From positions 4,878,716 through 4,942,715 of the forward strand of contig MU058337.1 of assembly GCA_013265495.1 (NCBI GenBank): 64,000 nt of DNA, in the 5' to 3' direction. This stretch comes from Vicugna vicugna. Its lineage: Eukaryota. Positions 36,074-48,910 of this stretch are shown in pieces (the first letter of the stretch is position 1; each line of letters starts with the position of its first letter). The translations under genes and the position numbers were made by a program. The notes under the pieces were generated by a model, which was not told the origin of the DNA, did not search any database, and worked only from the letters and a program-made list of their open reading frames with translations.

Positions 36074-39000
36074 AAGAGCCTGCACGGTAATGTCATGTGA
36101 GTGAGGAACTATTCTAATATATTCTGTATCTTCAGTTGGTTCCACTAATTCATGCCAGGAGATAGATACAAACGGAGAACTTTGACCACGGTGACAGAGG
36201 GTCTCAAATCTTCTCAAATGTCATTTCGGGCGGAGGAAAGCTTGGCGGTGCTGTGACAAATTTAAGTGCCATCCTTTCACGCAAGGGGAGTTCGTGTGTA
36301 TTTCCAGTTGTGTAAGACAGTCTTCGCTCTGCTGGTGTTCCAGGAGCCCCCATCCCCCTACTGTAACTGCCCTTTCTGGGCCTGTTTACTCACACACACT
36401 CACTAATGTTCCTGTCTAGAAAAAGAGCACGCATTTGCAAACATCTCAGGGAAAGCAAATTAAGGCTTTGTAGCAACTATGTCAATTATGTGTTCTGGGA
36501 GTATTCTCTTATTCTTCCAATCACTCATTTAACTTATTCTTCCAACAAATATCATCAGCAGTCTCCTGCACATACTACGTACTCGGGAGACGTGGTGAAC
36601 AAACAGCATGACTGACTTTGCTCTGGAAAGCAGGGACTAGAAGACAGGAGAACTCTAGGAAGAGAGCAGCCAAGCTCCCTGAGGACAGGCTTCTCCTGCT
36701 GCTCTGACGTGGCGGCGCTAGAGTCTGGATCTTTTGGGTCAGACACTAATTAGAACGTTTGATCCTGTGATTTCCACAACCAGCTGAGATGCCAACAGTT
36801 TGCCATCCACACGGTCTGCCTCTCACATTGAGAAAGATGATCCCGGGGACCGTGTCCCTGACTTGGGTTCTGGGAATTGCAGTGACTGTCCTACTCAGCA
36901 CTGTGTCTGGGAGCGGGACGGGGCCTGAACCATCCCCTTCAGGGCCTCTCGGGGCAAGTGGCAGGTTTAGTGCATCCCTCAAAACCCAGCTCTTCTCAGT
37001 CGATTGCCTCTAGAAGTGACCTTCCAAGCACCTTGAAGTTCTTTCCATTCCTTTACTACGTATATGATTGTAACCTTCATGGTCTGGGCACCAAGGAGCA
37101 GCTTTGATCTGGTCTCAGGAGACCCAGATGCCGTGACACCTGCTTCCCCAACCAGGGAGTGGCGCACTCTCCTTTGTAAGGCTGTCTCCAAGGTGGAGAC
37201 AGATAACACACGTTCAGGGTCTGCTGCTGAGCCTGGCACTCAGTACATATTAGTTTATGCCAGATGTTCAAGGCCATGGAATGACCTTTCCACCATCACC
37301 ATCCAGCTTCCAAAATCTCCCCTTTTATTGACCTGCTGCATACTACCAAAGTCTTATTTTTTGAGATTACACGCTGTTTAAAAATCTTCTATTAAGAATT
37401 AAAACATCTTACCTGAGCAGGAAAAGGGAATACATTTAATGCCTTTTCAGATTAACTAGTCACAGGAGATAGGTGACAACTAAGAAGCCCTGTTGGGGAA
37501 GAGACAGTTTGCTGGAGAGACATCTGTATGTCTTTCGGGCTTTGTGTGCACGTGTGTGTTGCGGTTGAGGTTGGGGGCAGCTTGGGCGTGAGGACCAAGA
37601 AGCACCGGGCAGGCCTGCTGGTAGGGTTGTTGCCTCGTTAGTGAGCACTCAGCAGGGGGTGTCAGGGGACCAACTAGCTACTGGATGTAGCTCTGAGGGG
37701 GCTGAAAGGAAGATACTGGTCTCCTATCAACTCAGGTGCAATTTGCTCAAGACCAGTTATAGAAAGTGATGAGCTTCCGTTATCATTTCAACTTTGGCAG
37801 GAAATGTTGTATTAAAATGTGCTCTTGGGAATAATTGCCTTTTCTTTTCTTTTTCTTTCTTCTCTTTGACTTCAATGTACCTATAGCTCCATAATGTCCT
37901 TTGGTATCTCCCTGATTCTAAAACAAAAGCTAGAACTGAGTTTCCCTTGTCACAATCTGGACTGTGGGACCACCCAACCACCCTACAGCCAACCACAGGA
38001 GGACACGATATCCCCCCAATCTTACGCACTGTCAGAGCGTCTTTAATGGAGATGATGGTGCAGACAGTGGGGCGCGGTGGCCTTCCAGACGACCTCCATC
38101 AGCCGTAGATGCACAGGGCTGCAGCTCGGCTCACTTGTGTCAGTGATTTGCTGTTGTTGTTTGTTCTGTTCCAGTTTGTTTCCATTCTCCTACTGATGGA
38201 CACGTAGGTTGTTTACTTATGTTGTGTTTTGAAGAACCACCTGCCATCACATACCACTGCAGCTTGGAGACTACTTTCCAATGTTGCATCAACCACATTT
38301 ATTTATCAAATCAAGGCTCCTGTCTTGTGAATCACTGATTTATTCAAGGTCTACTTCCTCACCTTGGTGATGAAGCAAATTAAAATGTTGAAACTAGCAA
38401 GTCCTGAAAATGTCTTACGTTCCCTTTGCTACTAGAAAAGTCATCACTTGAGCATATTAAGCAAGTCGGATATGGAAGTTTATAGTTTCATGCTCTGCTA
38501 ACAGTTACAATCCAAGGTAAATTACTTGTGAAATTAAAATGCTTTCTCTATGCTGAGTCATAGTGGTAAAAGCTGAAAAAGTGTTATGTGTGTAATATGC
38601 TAGCATGCATATTTATATACATAAAAGCAATAATAATACATAGACTAATATTCAGTTATTTAAATTGAAAATTAGAATAATATGTGAAATTAGAATCACA
38701 AACTAATTAGATGAAGATGCCAATATAATTAGTAACATTAATTCAATCTAATCCAACAAACATATTCACAAAAAACAATCTGAAAATCTTATATTAGTCA
38801 ATTTCTTATTTATTGCTATTAAAACACTTGCTCTATGACCAGTGGGGGGTTGCCCTTACCCACATTTGCTATGCTTCTTTTTTTTTAATTATAGTAAATT
38901 AATAAAAAAAGAAGGCATTTAAGAATTCCCTAGAATCAGGCTGTAAAATTTTAGTCAAAACACTTTTTTTCCTCAGTGTTTATCATAGGGGCCAAATTTA

Positions 39001-42000
39001 GAGGGAAGAGAAAACTCCAGTCAAGTGATTTCGAGGTCAGTTTAGGGGAGGTGGACCATAGAAGCAGAGGGAAAGACGGAACAGCCAGCCAGCTACAGTG
39101 ACACTCTGAAGCTCTGTTTTCTCACTTGTATTTCTTTTTCCTTTTTTTAAAAAAATCTTTTTTAGCCTTAGTTTTCACTCTATCCATCTCCATCTCTCCT
39201 AATTGATCATACCATGGAAATGAATAAATTACCATTAATAACATTGGTGATATTTTATATATTTTCTTATCATCATTTTAAAAGCTGAGTTGAGTTCTTT
39301 TTATTCCTAGAAATTGATTGACAAATAACTTCATTATTTATTTAAAAGCAAACAAGAAAACCCTTCATTTTAGATAAGTTGCCTGTAGCCTGCTTCAACT
39401 CAGCTGGTAGCTACAGGAAACTCAGGAACCAAAGTTTCCCCAGAACCATCCCCATGAAATTCTGTGAGGATATTGCCTATTGTATGTATTTATGACTTCC
39501 TTTTTAAAAATGATAAAAATGACAATGTGTTTCTTTTCTAATGGGCTCAAAATAAGGGCAAGGGCCAGCCTGTCTTCCATTAAAGCACTTTGTTTTCCGA
39601 GGAGGAGGCAGGTGAGCAACCAGTCTCCGGAACTCTGAGTAGAGAAGTTATTTTTATTTCCTTGACAGACCCAGAGGGTTTAGCAATATTTATTTAACTC
39701 TGCGTGTGTGTGTGTTTGTGTGTGTGTGCTTTAATCTAGACTGAATTAGCAAGGACTGTTGCAGTATAAAATAATTTACCTCTGTGAAGATGAAACTGGA
39801 TTGTTGATACCAACTAGGCAGGAAGGTTGATGGCAAAAACTTAGCAAGTGACTGAGACCCGTAAGGTAAAAAGAAATGACTGAATGATTGTGTAACCACA
39901 CAGAGAGGGCATCATGAGAACAGGTATCCCAGTGACAGAGATGCATTTCTGTGTTTACCAGTACAGCATTAATACCAGTATATGGGGATACAATGGCCAT
40001 AAAAAGAGTGATACTTTATTGCAGGAAATTAACTTTGTTCTTTATGACACCAGACCTTGTAAATACTCTCAACCCTGAGTTATGTTACTGATATCCTAGA
40101 AAGCTATATTGAAGGTTGTCTTAAAGATTGTAACCTTGATTCTTCAGGGAAAAAGACATTCCTGTTTTGTTTGGTGTTTTTGTTTGTTTTTTAGAATGAT
40201 CTTATTGAAACAGTTACAGGTTATTTGAGAGTAATATGTATATCTACATAGAACAAAATAATGGGCTGCACTTAACAAGAAAAGAGAGAGAATAGTTGTG
40301 TTCCAGAATTGTCTGGAGACAGTATAATGGGTATTCCTGTCCAGCGTAGCCAAGCTCTTCTAAGAGGTAGAGACATGTGATGCAGAAGTTCTTGCACATC
40401 GCATCAGGAGACTTGAAATCCAGCCCTGGAACTGCCTCCAGTAGCTTATTAACTAACTAACTAATTAACTTAAGTAAATTAATTAACCTCCTTGGGGTTG
40501 AGTTTATTGATCAGCAAAATGCACTTTATTAGATTAGATCATTTCTAAGATTACTTCTTGTTCGAACTTCTAAAGATAGGGAATAATGATATAATACAAC
40601 AAATTAAGATTTCAGTTCAAATCCATAAATGATTGGAATTGAGGAATAAAATATGATTTTGATGCACATCAGAGTATTAATCACTAGTATAAATATTAGT
40701 GATTCTCCCCATTTATTGAGATTAGCGAAAAACGGGGCATCCAGAGACCTCCACAAACCTCTGCCCCTTGGACCTCTCTTGATGCTTCAAGAGTAAGAAT
40801 AGCTTCTTTCAGATAAGGTATTGTTTTGTTTTGTTTTGTTTTGTTTTTCAAGTTCGATAAATGGTTACAGTGTTATCTGGGAGGGGAAAGGGGTGGCGCT
40901 GGAGAATGGGACGCAAGAGCAGGAAGGTTCTACTGTTGGGTGGAGAATTAAAGAGACTGGAAGTCCAGAACTCAAGGGTCTTCCTTTCTTATTCTCTTCC
41001 TTCCTTCCTCCACCACTGATTGAGTACCTAGGAAGTGTTGCCATGAGCCAGGCCCTGGGAGGGCGAGCCCCTGAGGTCTGGAGCGCTGCACTCAGGCGGC
41101 TGGGAGTGTTTGGGGGGCAACGAGATCCTCGCCTCTCCGACAGCTTGAGAAGCTGGGAGTCTCTGGGCACGAATTTACTGAGATGAAGGGTACAATACCT
41201 GTTCCCAGGGCGCATAAATAAGCTACAACAGAGGTCTGGGAATTAGGACACCTGGTTTACCTCTGCCTAAGTGACCTGAAAAGTAGAGAGCAGCACTTGA
41301 GTACCTGCTCTGACCCTTGTAGCAGGGCACCAAGGGCTAAAATGGAAACTTCACAGTCTAAAGACATGTTAAATTGCTGTCTCCTGTTTGTAGTCAAAAA
41401 TCCCTGACGTAAACTAATCTGAGATTTGTCGTGCTAGAACCAAATCTCTGTAAAGGATCAGTAAGCCCATTTTATGGGGAGATGCACACAGGTCTGTGAG
41501 CATGGCCAGAGCTGTCTCCCCCTTAGCCCAGGTGACAGCACCTGTTACAAGAGGTCCATTTACTGATATAGCTCAGTGTTTCAAATTATAGATATTTGCC
41601 TGCAGCGCAGAATAGCTGCTCTTCTTGACTCATAGCCAGAGACTTCTTGCAACCGTTGGGTACTCTCATCTCTGGAAACCAGTTTCAAATCTCTGTAGGG
41701 ACTCAGAGGAAGATACAGTGAGTGACAACATAAAAAGGGAAAAGAGGGCGAAGGAGTGAGCAAAGAGACATTTAGAGACCAGGACAACAGAATTTGTTTA
41801 TTTAAAATGCTCCATGACATTCTGCCTGAAGTTACACTTTTTCTGAGATTCCTCCTCCTCTAGCCACATAAAATTCAGTGAAAAATATTTCTGATTCCTT
41901 AAAAAAAAAGATAAATGAATAAATAAATAAAAATCTTTGGCTTGGATGATATCTTTCATTTGTAGTCAGTGTCAAATCTACAGGGAAGGTGAATTCTTAC

Positions 42001-42654
42001 CTAAGGAGCTAGTCTAAATTTCTAAAAGGAAACAGCAATTATCTACTGCCCCTACAGCTACACAAAAATGAAAGTGGTATGGGGAAAAAGACTTTCTGAA
42101 TCTATTTCCTTCATTTGGTGATCGCCTCAGGCCCTAAATCTCATCTTGTAGAACATCACATGTCTAGCTTTAGTTTTATTCAGCTTGATTCTATGGCTCT
42201 AAATCTCATGAAAGTCATGCCATAAACTCAAGAAATTAAATTCTTTATGGATTTATGCGAGACTCAGAAAATGCATCCTCACAACCCACAGGGGAACAAA
42301 ATGGCTCTGTTTCCACAACTTCTGAGAATTGCTGTACATTTTTTTTTCCTGAGAGATGAAATAATTAAAGTCATAAGAAATTCAGGTAAGCAGGTGCTAT
42401 CAGAGAGGCCCAGCCAATAATGAGACATCATTCTGAGCAGGGAGTAAAGCAACAGGGGTGCAGAAGCAGGCAGTAGGTAGATTCAATCAAGTAAACAGCT
42501 GGGGTTAATAAAAACTGTATTTGTAGGAAACAGTATTCTAATTTAAAAACTGCCATTCTGGAGCAGTTATCCTGTCCGTGGTCATGGAGTTGGGTGCATG
42601 GCTATCAGGTGCTAGGCCGGGCTCTGTTTCCCTGTCCTTTAGCTCTAGGGTAGG

Positions 42655-43127
42655 CATGGTAGAATGAATAACATCCCCCCCAAAGATGCCCAAGTCTGAA
42701 TCCCTAGTCCTGCAGCGGTGAACATGTTTACGTGGTGAAAGAGACTTGGCAGATGTGATTAAAGATCTTGAGATGGGGGGATTACCCTGGATTATCTGGG
42801 TGAGCTCAGTATAATTACTAGGGCCCTTAGAAGAGGAGGGTGGGCAGTCAGAATCGGTAGTGGTCAATGTGACAAGAGAAGCAAGAGGCTGGAATGATAC
42901 AAGGAAAGAACCACGAGCCACGACATGAAGCTGGCCTCTAGAAGAGAGAAAACACACAGATACCTTCCCCAGCATTCGCACAAGGAACCAGCTCTGCTGG
43001 TATCTTGACTAAAACCCGATGAGACTGGCTTGGGATGTCTTACCTCCAGAACTGTGAGAGAATAAATGTGCTGTTTTAAGCAACTAAATTTGTGGTAAAA
43101 TGTCACATAAGCAATAGGAAACTTACA
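42655..43127 (+). mobile_element. MLT1D-like MaLR solo LTR
   Basis: cccaaagatgcccaagtctgaatccct...gacttggcagatgtgattaaagatcttgagatggg...acctccagaactgtgagagaataaatgtgctgttttaagc...agcaataggaaacttaca. Confidence 0.9.
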
Positions 43128-43756
43128 TTGCAAGTTACTGAGAACTCAGGGATTAATTTTAGGGTATAATTTTTCAGCTCTCATATACAAAGTAAGACTG
43201 GGTTCAGGAATATGGCGTTGATTTATAAGAATAACATTTCTTAAGTGCATTGCACTTTGGAAATTACTTTCACATGAAACACATTGCTTCCCTCCCCTCC
43301 CTCACAGTTGGGTAGAAGAAAGTTGTGCTTAAGATCTGTTTTTTCCACTGTTTAGCAATGTAAACATAGGAATCACTTAACATCTCTAGTGCTTAATGTT
43401 TCTCTTAAATGGAGATCATGACACCCACTTCAGTATATGTAAAAGTGCTTTGTGGACCACTTGATACTATTTCAGTATTTTATAAATTGAGAGAGGCATA
43501 GTCTCAGTTTATGTTGAAAGACTTATGACTAAAACTTATACTCTAATTTATTCCTAATTTCCATTTAACTGTTACTGAGAAAAATTTCAAAAGTGAATTT
43601 AGGTAGATAATGCCTACAATCCTAAGGCTGTAATGAAAATAGTTTTCTAAAATTCTTGAATTGGGAGTTTGCAAATCACTTTTCTTTGGAAATCACTAAT
43701 GCTTCACAATTATCTTTACCAGAGTAGGAATTCAGTTGTATGTTTTGGCAATGCAC

Positions 43757-43774
43757 GTGTGTGTGTGTGTGTGT
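43757..43774. repeat. (GT)9 microsatellite
   Basis: Read directly from the sequence. Confidence 0.95.
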
Positions 43775-45235
43775 GCACGTGTATAACAGGCGCGTATGTT
43801 TATATGTGTGATTCGCCCATAAACACTAAATACAGAAAGTATAATTAACCTAGAACCTTTAATTGTTATGGAAGTGACCGTTCTAACAATCATTGAAAAC
43901 ACATTGGTTACAGTGTTAAATACAGATAAGATTGTATCATATGTGCAGACAGAATCTTTGCACTGAGAATATAAATAAAAGTTAATTTCTCATTTTGGGG
44001 GGAAATTGAATAATATTTTTTCTGTTAAATTATTCAATAGTCTTTTAAAAAACCCAATTCACTGATATGTCATTAAATTGATGTTATTATCATCTCCCAC
44101 TACTCACGTAGAGTAAGGAAAGTAAGTCAATTCTCACAGCTCTGAAATGAATTCTATGCACATTTGGGGTTAATTTTAATATAGAAGGTTGGAAGTCACT
44201 GAGAGCATTTTTCCAACATATTAGGCAAATTTTAAAAATGCGCTCGATTTGTAAAGCTAAGCCATCTGCTCCTATCAATCTGGTATTGTTTCTATAGGGA
44301 AGAATGTTCACAAGTTTTTGGTACCAATAGTTTCCAATTTTTCTTTATTGAATGAAAATATTAAGCAACAATAAAATTCCTTCCAGGTTTTTTTTAATAG
44401 ATGGAAATCTGTTGCCTACTAGAAATAAATATATCCAGCAAAATTAATCAACAAGATTATTATAACATTAATCCAATCAATTACTTCTTAAAAAATCTAA
44501 TTTCAAACACTTTAACATCCATTTAGATTATCCTTTGAATCTAAAATAAAGGTCAGTCATACTATCACAGAAAAAAATAAAATAAGATTTTGAATTTGGA
44601 TTGTAATGAGTGGATAGGCTTTCAATCTGAATTAACTACTTGAAAATTTGCCCCACATGCATCTTAACATTACTTCTGATGTTCTTCCAAATAAGTAAAA
44701 AATGAAAAGGGTCATCAATATTGACTAAATTCCCAGAATTATCACACACATTTACAAATAGAACCCATTTAATCCAGAACAAAGAGTGAAAACATAAATG
44801 CTAATATGTCCTTTTAACCCTACTCAAGCTCACCCCAAATTGATAAATGGTAATTTATTTATGAAAAATTTTGGGCCCTCATATTTTATCCTTAATTTTA
44901 ACTGTTCAAAGGTGATTGACTCACAAAGGGGGACCATGTGACAAAATAGAGTAAGTGGCTAATTGTGTAGAGATGATCAAATAAGTATGCAGGAAACATT
45001 TGAGGAATATTTGTTTCCATCCTACTTATCCTTCCAGTTCAGACTGACCAGAGGTAATAGAATTAAAACAACAACAACAGTAACAATGAAACTAAAGACG
45101 TTTCAGAGCATAGGTTCACTGAAGCACTTAAAATCTGTTATAACCAAAAGTTGTATGATGTCTAGCAAAATACAGAGCATGACAGGGTTATTAAGGGCAC
45201 AACTCCCATTTACAGACATACATAGTCCCATTAAA

Positions 45236-45407
45236 CCGTATTTCATTGATTCTAAGATGCAAATAATTTTTTTGGTATAAGCATCTCTAAAATTGGTATA
45301 GATCTTGTTACCTATGATATGGTGCAATTTAATGAAATGCTGTCTTTCCTTTTGTACCTAAATCATGCATCTTAAAGTAAACCGTTTCTTAGATATGATG
45401 AATTTGG
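45236..45407. mobile_element. MER104-like TcMar-Tc2 MITE
   Basis: TIRs ccgtatttcattgattctaagatgca / tcttagatatgatgaatttgg, ~170 bp. Confidence 0.8.
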
Positions 45408-46224
45408 TTACATTGAATTAATGGCTGTGGCAATGGCATAAGTAAAGAAAAAGGGGCAGATTGTTACGTTGTGAAAATAAGAAGTGTTAGCATTTAACAT
45501 AGACACCAATGTCACAAAATGTGTTCTTTAGATTTTTTTGTTAATTTGAAGTTGTAATAATGTACTTGTTTTTAGTAAACCATATTGAAACTTATCTATT
45601 TGGAACTTAAGCAACTTATTCAACAAAATAACCTAGAATATAACAAAAACTCAGAAGGCAAAGGGAAAAGGTCTCTTTTAATAATGAAAGCAGTATCAGT
45701 GAGGCTGTTTCTTGATTACACCCTGTCCTCCCTTAGACTTCATTTACTTTCATATTTATAGATGATTCTAAAAAACATGCTTATCTAGTTTCCAGTGATT
45801 GATTCGATGTAACAAATTTGAAAAGGGGCATATTGTCAATTGGCAACCTGGAAGTGAGGGAGAAAACAGGGTGTCTGTGTGGGGTTGGGGTGAATCACAA
45901 AGATCAGTAGTATAGTCCTGTCTAATCCACGTGGAATCAATCTCGGATCCTTCAGTAAGCCCCAAGTGTCACTGTTGGAATTCAGAACTCAGAACTGTCA
46001 TGTTGTGTAAGCCGAAGTCATCAAGTAAAGTCTAAAAACCTCTTTGTATATCCTATTTGTGGGGCTGAGATTGTGTGTATTCCAAACAGAATTATAGATT
46101 TCTTGGTGCTTAAAGAGATCAAATACCATGGGATAATTCATCCTTGAGAGGCTGGGCTAAGCAAAATTTTCTGTTCCTCTTATTTTCTATTAACTGTTTG
46201 ACTGTGTATATATTTGACCTCTTA

Positions 46225-47150
46225 ATTCTTTCAATAAACAAATGTTTATTAAGTACCTACTCTTGTCCCACTTTAAGCACTGGATATGTAGCAGCAGACA
46301 AATGAGACAAAATAGATTCCCTCTTAGATGATACACATTACACTATGCATATAAAAATACAAAGAATTTTTAAGGTTGTAAAAAAGCTGTGTAGAACCAG
46401 AAAGCAAGAAAAGAAGAAGGGATTGACTGTGTTTAGAGGCTTTAATATTTTAATTAGATTTAAAAGAGAAGATCTCAGCTGAGATGATAACTAGTGAGAA
46501 AAGATTTTGAAGGAGGTGAGAGAGTTAGATGGAAGAGCAAGCATAAAAGAAAATCTTACCATCGCAGCATCCTAGGTGGTTTGAAGAACAGCAACTGGCG
46601 AATGAAGAGAGGGAAGTAGAGATGGTGTCAGATAACAAATGAAAGTAGATGCGGGATATAAATTATATGGGACATTGTAGGCACCATGAGGACTTTGGTT
46701 TCTAGTGACGTGTAGGATTTTGAATAGGGGCGTAAGATAACTCTTTATATAAACTCTTTATATATGATAGCACTTTAATCACAGTATTGAGGGCATTTCA
46801 AAGAAAAGTAATGGTGGATCCCAAGGGAACAGCCAGGTTGCTGTTATAATAACCCAAAAGATAATGATGGTAGGTAGCAGTGTAGATAGTGGGAAGTGAT
46901 CATATTTTTTATGCATTTTGAAGATAGAGTGAATGTGTTTTGCTGAGGGATAACATACGAGGTATTAAAAAAAGAAATGAGGTTGATACAATGCCGAAGT
47001 TTTGGGCCTGAGGAACAAGAAGAATGAAGATGGCATTCCAGAGATGGGGGAGATTAGAAAACAAGTTTGAGAAAGGAGAATGAGGATTTAATCTTGGCCC
47101 TGTTAAGCCTGAGATGCCTATTAGATATCTTCACATAAATGTCAGTGTAG
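46225..47150 (-). mobile_element. L2a LINE fragment
   Basis: ttcaataaacaaatgtttattaagtacctact...gaggactttggtttctagtga...tttgggcctgaggaacaagaagaatgaagatggcatt...tgttaagcctgagatgcctattagatatc. Confidence 0.85.
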
Positions 47151-47204
47151 GACTTGTTTATTGAAAAAATGAAGACCTGAGTGGTGAGTTAAGTGATTAC
47201 CAGT

Positions 47205-47415
47205 AGTCATCATTTATTGAATTTGCACTATCTTGAAGACACTGCTTTAAGTGCCTTATATACATGTTCTCATTTAATCCTCATAATAACCTTATTGATT
47301 TCTTATGACCATTTTACAGAAGAGGAAATTGAAATTTAGACAGGTTTAGATGAATTGCTCAAGGACACACAGTCAAGCCTGTTTGCTTTACTCCAACTGT
47401 GATTTTAGCCACTGT
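47205..47415 (-). mobile_element. MIR SINE
   Basis: catttattgaatttgcactat...ctcatttaatcctcataataacc...ccattttacagaagaggaaattga...gctcaaggacacacag. Confidence 0.85.
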
Positions 47416-47909
47416 TTTATATTACCAAGGAGGGTGTGGGCAACAGGCAATAAAAATGTTCTAGGCAGAAAGAACAATATCTGGAAAGTAGAGGGGCCAC
47501 AGGGAACATGGCTTCCTCTGGAGATGTGCAAGCACACGGAAGTAGTCGAATAATCAGCTTCCAATGAACTTGTGTGGTACTTTACAGTTTTAGAACTGTT
47601 TTCTCATAGGCACACGTATTAATCTCTGTAAGGGAGAGAGATTTTTTTTTATTATCGCTATTCAGTGAGTCAAGGAATAGGCTTACAGAGCTAAGTTCAC
47701 AAATGTAGTCAATTGTGATCAACGGTTTGATCTTGGACTTCTTTTGCCAAGACTTAAAATAATCTTTACATGCCCAATTATCTTAAATCTTTTCATGTAC
47801 CTACTTAGGCAGTGAAGAAATATGGATGGGAATACATGTATTTTGATACGGAAAAAACATAGAAATTGGAATCGAATTTCCAAGGTAGAAATGAGGGATC
47901 TGGAAGATA

Positions 47910-48150
47910 ATGATAATAATAGGTGTCATTTTTGAGCACTGAGGATGTGACAGACACTGTGCAAGGATCTTTAGATTAATTTGCTAAATTAAATCTCACA
48001 AGAATTGAAAAGGAGATTCTATTATCCTCCCGATTTTAGGGAAGAGGAAATTGAGGCTGAGGGAGACTAAAGCAACTCCCTGGAGGTCATTATACAGCCA
48101 GGAAGTAGCAGAGTCAAGACTGAACGGAGGCTGTCTGAGATCAGAGCTGA
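47910..48150 (-). mobile_element. MIR SINE
   Basis: catttttgagcactgaggatgtgacagacactgtgc...attatcctcccgattttagggaagaggaaattgaggctgagggagactaaagcaact. Confidence 0.8.
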
Positions 48151-48289
48151 CAGGTCGGTCAGGGGCCTCCCTACCTGGGCAGTACTTTATTGTTTGTTTT
48201 TATAAAGTCAGAGGTGAAATTAACAACACCGAGGAGGGTCTCATAAGTGTGAAATTATTTTCTGAATTATAGTAAGGTATGAATTTGTG

Positions 48290-48910
48290 TTCACCCGCGC
48301 TGAACAGGTTTTCACCCTGATTTTGAACACCCTTTTATCACAGCTTAAGACAGCAGATGGCTCTCTTGCGTTTTCTTTCGCTTACCTCTATCTGTAAACA
48401 ACTAAACAGCGTTTTGAGGAGGTAAAAGGAAAACGCGGGGATTAAGCAAAAAGACCTTGATTGTCCCGATGCTGCCCCCACCCCACACTTCCTTAAACAG
48501 AAAACCTCATAAAATAGGAGCAACCGTTTGAAGCTTGTGAAATTCACAGTCGGAGTAGACGCCCTGAGACCGAGGAGTCCGCTGTTCCAGGCTCTGCGCC
48601 CCGGGTCGGAATGCATCAGGAAAGAAAGAGTATTTCTCGATTATCAGAAAGCTGAAAAGGCTTTGTGCTCCAAGGTGTGTTATTAATGCCAGTGGAAGCT
48701 GTGGAGATTAATTTCCTTTCCGCCTTGCGGGGAGAAAATGTGGAAGGCTGCTTTTCAACGGAGGAACTGTTAGAGCCCCTCACGGCCAGCGCTCGCACGC
48801 TCTGGGGAACTTGCGTCCTCTCTGAGCGCGAAGGCTGGGGCAGGATCCCTGTCCGCGGTGCTGAATCTCAGCCGCGTCTAGAGGTTGCTGAGCGTTGAGG
48901 GGAGGGGTCT
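48290..48910. promoter_or_regulatory. CpG-rich regulatory patch upstream of exon 1A
   Basis: Visibly dense CpGs (e.g. tgcgccccgggtcgg, cacggccagcgctcgcacgc) in non-repeat DNA flanked by AT-rich sequence. Confidence 0.65.
48845..48865 (-). promoter_or_regulatory. RE1/NRSE (REST-binding) element
   Basis: Minus strand TTCAGCACCGCGGACAGGGAT matches 17/21 of TTCAGCACCACGGACAGCGCC; both half-sites (TCAGCACC, GGACAG) intact with the canonical 2-bp spacer. Confidence 0.85.

Noticed and set aside
37648..37663. CTCF-like motif tcagcagggggtgtc
   Set aside because: Degenerate match of a kind expected by chance; cannot be supported without a PWM score or ChIP data.
42572..42590. Second RE1-like site (ctgtccgtggtcatgg)
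   Set aside because: The GGTGCTGA half-site is broken (GGTCATGG).
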